Source: Lama guanicoe (lineage: Eukaryota). From it: a DNA stretch of 64,000 nt. Positions 55,850 to 64,000 of this stretch are shown here, in pieces. Position 1 is the stretch's first letter. Each line of letters begins with the position of its first letter. Under the pieces are notes generated by a model, which worked only from the letters and a program-made list of their open reading frames with translations, was not told the DNA's origin and searched no databases. Location: positions 6,156,399-6,220,398 of the forward strand of contig MU053934.1 of NCBI GenBank assembly GCA_013239625.1. The letters are read 5' to 3'. The position numbers were made by a program, and so were the translations under genes.

Positions 55850-56600
55850 GGCAGTGCTGAGGCCCTCCCGTGCCAAGACCTGCCCGGCGACCCCGTGGAC
55901 CCAATACCTTGTTAGCCAACTTCTTATTCAACTCCTCGGCAATGGAGTCGTTGAGCTTCCTCTCAAACTGCCAGGGGGGAATCCGCACGGTGTCCACCAT
56001 TTCCACCAGGACGAACATCCTGGCCTGTGCTGGGGGCTCTGGCACCGGGAGGGTCAGTCACGCACCCAGACCCCGGGCAGTGGGGATCCCCTAGCCCCCT
56101 CCGTCCAGTCCCAATTGCTGAGATACACGCTCCGGGCCGGCAATGGGGCTGCACGGTAGGGTCTGAGGTGCCCCGTGCGGGGCATGCTCCGCTACTGCAA
56201 AGAGAGGAAACTGAGGCTCAGCGGGAAGGTCTCCCAGTCCAGCGGGAAAAGTGCGCGGCCTCGCCGCGCGGGCGCCCGCCCCGCCCAGCCAAGCTCCAAG
56301 CGCCACGCGCCACCACCATGCACCGCGCGCCCACAAGCAGCCGGCGGCCGCACGACTTTGGGCGAGATTCCGAATCCGGTAGCTTCCGGAGGCCCGGCCA
56401 ATAAAAAGCTTTGGTCCGCCCCCCGACGAGGAGCGAGGCTGCCTACTGGCTCGTACGCGGAGCGGGGCGGGACGGGGAGGGGGCGGGGCCTGGATGGGGT
56501 GGGACAGGGCCTCTCCCTCCGCCTGCGTCCAGACGTCCACCCTCCGCGTCGAAGCTTTCAGGTTGCTAGGCGACCTCGCAATCTAGACGTCTCTTGCCTG
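55850..56600 (-). promoter_or_regulatory. POLR3H: CpG island / POLR3H promoter with GC boxes, a CCAAT box and an ETS-like site
   Basis: Densest CpG stretch in the window. GGGGCGGG at 56464-56471 and again at about 56480-56488, CCAAT at 56398-56402, CCGGAAG on - at 56383-56389. Confidence 0.85.
55908..56018 (-). CDS. POLR3H: POLR3H first coding exon ([37 protein letters not shown])
   Basis: ATG at 56018-56016 and donor |gtattg. The six exons sum to 615 nt, giving 204 aa plus stop. Confidence 0.97.
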
Positions 56601-57580
56601 GCCTGTGTTGTACTCTCCTTGCTGGCCTCAGGCTGTCCTCTGTGCTGCAGCCAGAGAGATCCTTTCAAAACACAAACACAATATGCTTAGACCCTACAAT
56701 AACGCTGGAAAAGGGGAGAACTGACTGGAACAGGGCAGGTGGGAGCTTTCTGGGATGATAGTAATCTTCTTTTGGTGGGTGGTTACACAGATGTATACAA
56801 TTGTCAGAACTCATCCAACTCAACATTTAAGATTTTTGCATTTAATTGTAGGCAGATTACATCTCACCTGAAAAGTGATAATAAATTGGGACAAAAAAAC
56901 AATTCCAGTGGCTTCTCATTGCACTAATAATAAAGTCTAAAACCTTTATGGTAGCTCACAAGTCCCTGCAGGGTCTTGCCTCCACCCATACCTCCAGCCC
57001 TATTTTGTTCTCTCTCCCGACATTCCAGCTCATTCATCTTCCTTTGATTGCTAACAGAGACTTGGGCTAAGAGAATTTAGTAACTTGTCTAAGATCACGG
57101 GCTGCTAAGTGGTAAAAGTGGGCCCCATCTAAATCTCTACACTACACAGCCTTTAAAAGTTGGTGGGTCATGGAAATACACTGCAGTGTGTTTTAACCAA
57201 ATAAAATTTTAAACAAATAAAAAGAGCCTTGGGGTACATGACAGAGGCACTCAAATGCATGGTGCTTCAATTTGCTGATTTTACACATAGAGATCTCCCT
57301 CTGAGACTGGCTGCAGTGATACCGAATTTGGCCTTCCCTGCATCTATATTTTTATTTATAAATTTGTCTGCCTCTCCTAGGATTTGAGCTACTTGAAGAC
57401 AGGGGAAAATGCTACTTCTGCTCCTTATTCCCACAGTCCCCTAACATCATTCCTAGGACACATTCAGTAAACGTATTTAGGAGATCGTATTAATTCCTGC
57501 TCTCAAATCTCTCTCAAATTCTTCTTCATTCCATTCCCATTGCTACTGCCCTGAAGGCCTTTTCAATGCTACACTGAGCA

Positions 57581-57730
57581 GGAAGGTATAGCTAAGTGGT
57601 AGAGCACTTGCTTAGTGTTCACAAGGTCCTGGGTTCAATCCCCAGTACCTCCACTAAAATAAATAAATGAATGAATAAATTAACCTAATTACCTCCCTCC
57701 CCTCAAAAAAAAAAAAAAGAAAGAAAGGAA
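57581..57730 (+). mobile_element. tRNA-derived SINE (Vic-1-like)
   Basis: ggtatagctaagtggtagagc...gggttcaatccccagtacctcca...aacctaattacc plus poly(A). Confidence 0.85.
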
Positions 57731-59524
57731 ATTCAGTGTTGCCCTGGAGCTAAACCACCATATATCCCAGCTGCTGACCTCAGTTTTTCCTGCAAGCGAC
57801 CCCCACATTGTCACAAAAGCCTTCCCTTCATGTGTATCTTTTGTCCATACAACAGAACAGAAAGTTCTGAACTAAATCTAACCTTCCTCTCCAGTCTCAC
57901 CTCCCTTCTGTCCTCCAGGAACTGGGAGCTTCCAGCCCCAAGGACAGAGCAAGACCTTTTATAGTCCAGCCTTACACACTTCTTTACCTGGAAAACTCCT
58001 ACTCATCCATCAGAACTCAAATGCAATACCTTTCTCATTCATTCATTCATTCAAAACACTGTGTGCCAGCTGTTGGAGATCCAATGGGGAAGAAGAACTG
58101 GCACCCAGGTCCAGCTTTGGCTCAGAGAGGCTGGGGCATGGAGAGGGCAGGGGATTTGATGCTCTCTCAGAGAACCAAAAGTACTTTATTGGGTTTATAG
58201 GGGAGATGAAAACTGGTGAGATTGGAGACCTAGGCAGGGTCCGTACACAAGGGCCTTATTATAACATTCATTAACTTTCAATCCTCACAACAGATGTATC
58301 AGGCATGGAGTATTCTCATCACTATCTAATTTATCTCATTATCATTTACTATTCTTGTTTATCTCAACTCAGTTTGCCTGACCTAAGGCAAAGAGAGGTT
58401 AAGTAGGTCATTTAAGGTAAATGGCAGAGCTGGGATTCAAGCTCCAGAGCCCATGACCCTCACCACGGGGCTCTGCCACCACATTAGCCGAAGGGCAGCA
58501 AAGGGAAGCCGTGGAAGGTTAAACCCGGAAATGACACAGTGACACATCAGCTGGATGGACGGTGCAGGGGAAGGCGCAGATGCAGAGACAAGAACAGCAG
58601 AGAGGAAATGACTGAATGCCCCTGTAGAGAAGGCCCGAGGAAGGCCGGTAGCCATGGAGAGCAAAGTTGGGCCAAGTCCAGAGGTCTTCGGTGGGGTGGT
58701 CTCAAAGATAGGGAGCAGGACCTGGGGACAGACGTGGGAGGAGCCAATGCCCGAGGCCTTTCACTGAGATGGGAAACTGGAGGAGGGCCAGGCTGGGGCC
58801 GGGGGATGAGGCCAGCATTGCAGAGTTCAATGTTTTGGGTTCCCAGGCTTCTTTTATGGTATTCAGCTTAACAGGATTGCAACAGTGATTTGTTGGCACG
58901 ATTGGCTTCCTCATTAGTAAAAACAGGGACCAGGCTTCTTTATTAATTCTCTGCGCCGTTCCCTGGAAACTGTGAGGTGGCTTACAAAAAACACACAAAG
59001 ACTCAGTCTGCAAGCTCCCCGACAGCAGAGGACTTCTCTGCCCTGTCCCTCCGCATCCTTGGGGCCTAGCCCTGTGCCTGGCGCAAGGTCAGGGCTTGTA
59101 AATATGTATTATCTGAATGAACAAAAGGATAGCAAAATAATTGCTCAGAATGTAGGAGTGAGGGAGAAATCAGGTTGGAAACTAATCCAGGAAGAGGCGA
59201 GTCCAGTGGGTGGTTAAGGGCATGGAGTTCCCACGCTGCAGCTACCGTGGCGCAGCCCGTGAACTTCTCAGCATCTTGTTGCCTTTCTGTAAAATGCAGA
59301 TAATAATAGAACCGAGCTTCAATGATTGTCCATCAGAGGAGGACTCGATAGAAAAATACACATGGTGTATTATAGAGTGAAATAATACGAAACCAGAAAA
59401 AAAGGATGAGAATGCTCTCTGCGTATTGATAAAGAATGATATTCAGGATATATTGCTAAGTATAAAAATGCAAGGCCCAGAGCAGTGTGTGTGGGATGTT
59501 ACTATTCATGTAAAAAGGAGGAAA

Positions 59525-59525
<1 letters not shown>

Positions 59526-59558
<33 letters not shown>
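59526..59558. repeat. (TG)16 microsatellite
   Basis: Uninterrupted TG run. Confidence 0.95.
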
Positions 59559-59559
<1 letters not shown>

Positions 59560-59809
59560 CACGTGCCCTTTAGGAGAGTACTCCAGGGACTAATTACATT
59601 GGCTGTCTCCAGGGCAAGGAACTGAATGCCTGAGGGCTGTGGGAGAGAGACAGGGGTAAAGGAAATTTTTTTTCCAAATGTCCTTCAGAATCTTTGATGC
59701 TTGGGATCATGGGAACATAGCACCTATTCAAATTCAAAACTGAATAAAATTTAAATTAAAAAAGCAATTAAGATTTTTTCACATCTTATTATAAAAAAAA
59801 AAAACAACC

Positions 59810-60986
59810 TTCTCGGCCCCCTTTGCCTCCAGCTACTGCCCCATTTTCTGCTCTCTTTACCAGCAAAACCGCTAGAAGGAGTCAGTCTGCACTCACTATT
59901 TCCAAATCCTCCCTTCATGTCCTCTTCTTCCTGCTCCGGGCAGGTTTTGGGCCCTACCTCTCAACCCCTCAAGGTCGCCAGTGGCATCTGCATTGCTAAT
60001 GGTAATTCTCAGTCCTTAAGAGCAGCATTTATCCCAGCTGGTCCCTCCCTCCTCCTTCACACACTCTATGTGGCTTCCAGGAGCCCAGGCTTACCCAGGT
60101 TCTCCTCCCACCTCCCAGGCTCCTCTCCCCACCTCTAAATGTTGGCAGGCCTCAGGGCTCAGCTGCTCAGTCTACACTCTGCCCGGGGACCTCTGTGGCC
60201 GCAGGGCTCAGAGCATCATTCACAGTTGACGGCTCCCACGTGTCCCTCTCCCCTACTCCACCTGCCTGCTCCACATCTCCATTTGGCAACTCAAGCTTAA
60301 CCTGGACCAAAATGGAACTCCTGGTCATCCCTCCCCCTCAAAGCTGCTCCTATTACAGTCTTCCCGTCTTGGAAAAGGACTTCATTCTTCCAGTTGCTCA
60401 GGCTAGAACCTGAGAACTATACTTGACCCTCTTTGTCTCTTACACCCTCCATGGACCCCGGAAAAATCTTGTTTTTTTCTACCTCCAAATGCATCTGGAA
60501 TCCAAACCTACCCCATCACCTCCACTGCAGCTCTGGCATCCCAGCCACCCTTACCCCTCTCCTGGGCCTTTGCTGCAGCCTCTACCCTGGTTTCCACATT
60601 CCTGCCCTCACGCTCCACTGTCTATACTTAACACAGAAGCCAGAGAGACACTGTTAAAGTGTGACTCAGGAATTCTCAATCTCCTCTCTTGACTCAGCAA
60701 TGCTCCATCTTACCAGGGGGAGGAGCCAGTCCTCAGGACACCTTCGGAGCCCTGGGGGAGCGGAGCATCCCATTACCCCTCGGACCACACGCCCCAGTCC
60801 TCTGCCTGGTGGCTGATTCTGACACCCTGGGCATACTCCCCACTCACGGCCTCGGCCTGGTGCTCTCTCCTCTCCCTGGAACATTCTTCCTCTCACCACC
60901 CTCTTCTTCATCTCGCCTCCTCCAGGCTCTTGCTCTAATGTCACCTCGGTGATGCTTTCCCTGACTCCACTCCCCTCCCTTTATTT

Positions 60987-61018
<32 letters not shown>

Positions 61019-61790
61019 TTTTTTGGTTTACAATGTTGTATTAGTTTCTGGTGTACAGCATAATGATTCAGTTATACATACATATACATTCTTTTTCATA
61101 TTCTTTTTCATTACAGGTTACTACAAGCCACTGAATATAGTTCCCTGTGCTACACAGTGGGACCTTGTTGTTTATCTATTCTGTACATAGTAGTTTGTAT
61201 CAGCCAATCCCAAACTCCCAATTTATCCCTCCCTCCTACCTCCTCCACCACTCCCCGGTAACCATCCGTATGTTTTCTATGTCTGTGAGTCTGTTTCTGT
61301 TTTGTAAATAAGTTCACTTGTATCATTTTTTAGATTCCACATATAAGTGATATCACATGATGTTTGTCTTTCTCTGAGTGACTTACTTCACTTGGTATGA
61401 TAATATCTAGGTGTAGCCATGTTGCTGCAAATGATATTATTTCATTCCTTTTATGACTAAGTAGTGTTCCACTGTATATTTATACCACATTTTCTTTATC
61501 CATCATCTGTTGTTGGACAGCGCCCCCCATTTTAAACTGCAAACCACCTAACACCACCGCCCACCCTCTACCTCACCTCTCTGCTTAACAGTCTTCTATA
61601 GCATTTATCGTCTCCCAACATATAACACAGTTATTTATTAGGTTGTCTGCTGCCTCTCTCCCTCTGGACTGTAAGTGCCATGAAGACAGGGATTTTGTCT
61701 GTTTTGTTCACTGTTGATTCCCCGGTACCTAGAAAAGCACCAGGCACACAATAAGCACAGGACAAATATTTGTTGGACGATTAAATTGAA
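59810..61790 (+). mobile_element. LINE-2 3' region interrupted by an L1
   Basis: cagttgctcaggctagaacct...; ends tacctagaaaagcaccaggcacacaataagcacaggacaaatatttgttgga. Confidence 0.65.
60979..61519 (-). mobile_element. L1 3' end with (TTTA)n tail, nested in L2
   Basis: (ttta)n then ggtttacaatgttgtattagtttctggtgtacagc...gattccacatataagtgatatc...catgttgctgcaaat. Confidence 0.8.
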
Positions 61791-64000
61791 GGATGAAAAG
61801 AGAAGATTAGAAGATTAGCCCTGAAATATGAATGGTCCTATAAACTTGCTCTTGGTTGAGGAAGAATTTGGCTCCAAGCTTTCTAGCAGGCAAAGCAAAC
61901 AGAAAAACATTTCAGTTACAATATGGAAACGAACCAGGTGTCCAGATTTTCTGGATTCTGAGCCCTCAATGGACTTTCTCCAGATTCTTAAGGTATGGAG
62001 GCTCTGAGGAGCAAAGTGATGCCCTTGACATGCCCGGAAAGGCCCAGAACAACTCTCACTTGTGTACTTTTAAAACACCCTCCATGGAGGCAAAGGCACA
62101 GCTGAAGGCCACTGGGAACGGTGATTCCAGAAGAGACCTAAACAAAACATCCCAGGACGTTGCTCTCTGTTCTAGTTTGAGCTAAAAGCAAAGTATGGAA
62201 AGTTCAACAGCTGTTTGTTAGGGCTACCATGCATGAGGGAGGCCCTGCTCTTGGGGGCTTGTGCTCCAGGGAGTGGGACCAACCGGAAATGGGAAACACA
62301 CAGATGCAGGAGATCATTTCAGGCACTGCTGTCGTGAAAGGGTCCATGTGTAATGTGACAGCAAGTGAGTGGGGTGGCCCCTCCGGCCAGGGCGGTCGGA
62401 GACGGCCTTGCTCAGGGATGGAGGGGAGCACTCAGGGTTGAGAACGCTGGAGGCCCAAGGCCCAGGGTGTTCAGGAGTGTGTGTCTGTGAACAGATGGCT
62501 GATGGAGGCCTGGCTCCTCCTAAACCTAAACTAATCCTAATCCTAGACCTAGGCCCAAGGGAAGGGTGCAGGGGAGGCTGGCTGTGGGCCAAGGACTCCC
62601 TCACCTCATCACAGAGAGCTCCTCCTGGTGACTTGAGGAGATTCAGGCAGCTGCTGCATGAGGCCCTCACCCACAGGCCCCAGGACAGGCCCCAGGCCCA
62701 GGGCAAGGTCAGGAGAGCCCCCCCATCCTCTCATCCACCTTCCTGCCCAGACCTTTGCCCTGGACAAGGCTACGAGGCTGCCAGCGACACACAACATCTC
62801 ATTTCAGATAAGGAGCCAGCCTCTTGCCAGGCCCCCTAAACCCTACATGATGTGGCCTCTGCCCTTCGATTCTCTGCCAGCCACATCAGTGACCTCAAGC
62901 TTCTTTCCTGCCTCTGGGAGTTCACCCACGCTGTTCTCTCTTTGGAAAACACTCTTCCCTGCTTTTTACAAGGCTGGCTCCTTCCTACCCCTTAGAGTCA
63001 GCTTACAGGGCCCCTTTACAGAGCCTCTGTCTCAGCAGGTGGACTTGGCCCTCCTAGTCTTCATCTTACTCTGCTTGTTTGTTTTCTTCTGAGTTTGTGA
63101 TTATACATTGATTTGTTTGTGCACTTTGTACTATGTCTCTTCCTAGCCAAGACATGAGCTTCGTAAACTCGAGGCACGTATCTGCCTTGTTCACTGCAGT
63201 CTTCCAGCCTGGGCCATCTGGCACGTAGAAAGGAGTCGGTAAATATTTGTCGAATGTACGAGTGAATGAACAAATGATGTGGTCGGAGCTGCAGAAAAAA
63301 TCTTCGCTGGCAGAGGGACAGTCATCGAATTAGAGAAAATGACTGGGAGAGAGCCAGAGAGGAGGGAAGGACCACTCTGATTTCCCGGGAAAAAATCATT
63401 AGTACAGGCTGGAGATGAGTCCCACAGCGGAGGAGACAGGCATTCTGGGAACTGAAGACACCTCAGAGGCAACAACGTAGTGTAGCAGAAAAAACAGGAG
63501 TGTAATGAAGCCAGAACGCCTGCATTTTAATCCCAGCTCCACCAGCTGTGTAATGCTGGGTAAATTTCTTAACCTCTCGGTGCCTAAATTTCAGCATCTG
63601 TCAAGTGGCACCAACAACTTAGGGATGTATACACCTTAAAGGATTATGTGGCTTCAAGGCTGCATTAGCCCAGGACTGGCCCCCACTGGTGGGCTGACCG
63701 TCAGTAACAAAGCGGGAATTATAATTCAGTTGGAATTAATAAGACTAAGGGGCTCCTCGGCCCTGACTCACCTCGTCAGCTTCTCCGAGGCAAGGGAGGC
63801 TTAAGAGGAGATGAGTTTTGAATTCTCAGTTTTCATAAAAATAGCCTCCACGGCGGAGCCCCTGGTTTCCAGCAGATGATTTCTTTGTTACTCAGCTGCT
63901 GGTGGGTGGGTGGGTGGTGCCACAGGCTGCTCGTTTCCTGAATGAACAGCTGTGCCCTCTCGTCTTTGTGGAGAATAATCATAACACTACTTCAAACCTC

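Noticed and set aside
62369..62839. Possible exon of a neighbouring gene such as CSDC2
   Set aside because: No cold-shock-domain similarity in the translations, and the flanks look like L2 fragments.

Overview
Mammalian genomic DNA, most likely a camelid, judged from several tRNA-Ala-like SINEs that resemble the Tylopoda Vic-1 family. The window holds the tail-to-tail ACO2-POLR3H locus. On the + strand are 21.6 kb of ACO2 intron 1 and coding exons 2-18 of mitochondrial aconitase (21606-43661). All junctions are GT-AG and in frame, and the Fe-S ligands and catalytic residues are intact. Exon 1, which carries the start codon and the 5' IRE, lies upstream of the window. On the - strand is the complete 6-exon, 204-aa POLR3H/RPC8 CDS (56018-45294) with a CpG-island promoter at about 55850-56600. 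The rest is intronic or intergenic DNA rich in L1, L2, MIR, MER and MLT relics. I found no convincing previously undescribed multi-gene system. The most notable items are a U12-type (minor spliceosome) intron in POLR3H, overlapping bidirectional poly(A) signals between the two genes, a TSD-flanked EEF1A1 retrocopy in ACO2 intron 1, two tandem duplications, an inverted SINE pair around ACO2 exons 8-12, and a few unusual ACO2 substitutions. Repeat family names and boundaries were recognised by eye and are approximate. ACO2 residue numbers assume a human-like 12-codon exon 1, and orthologue comparisons are from memory.
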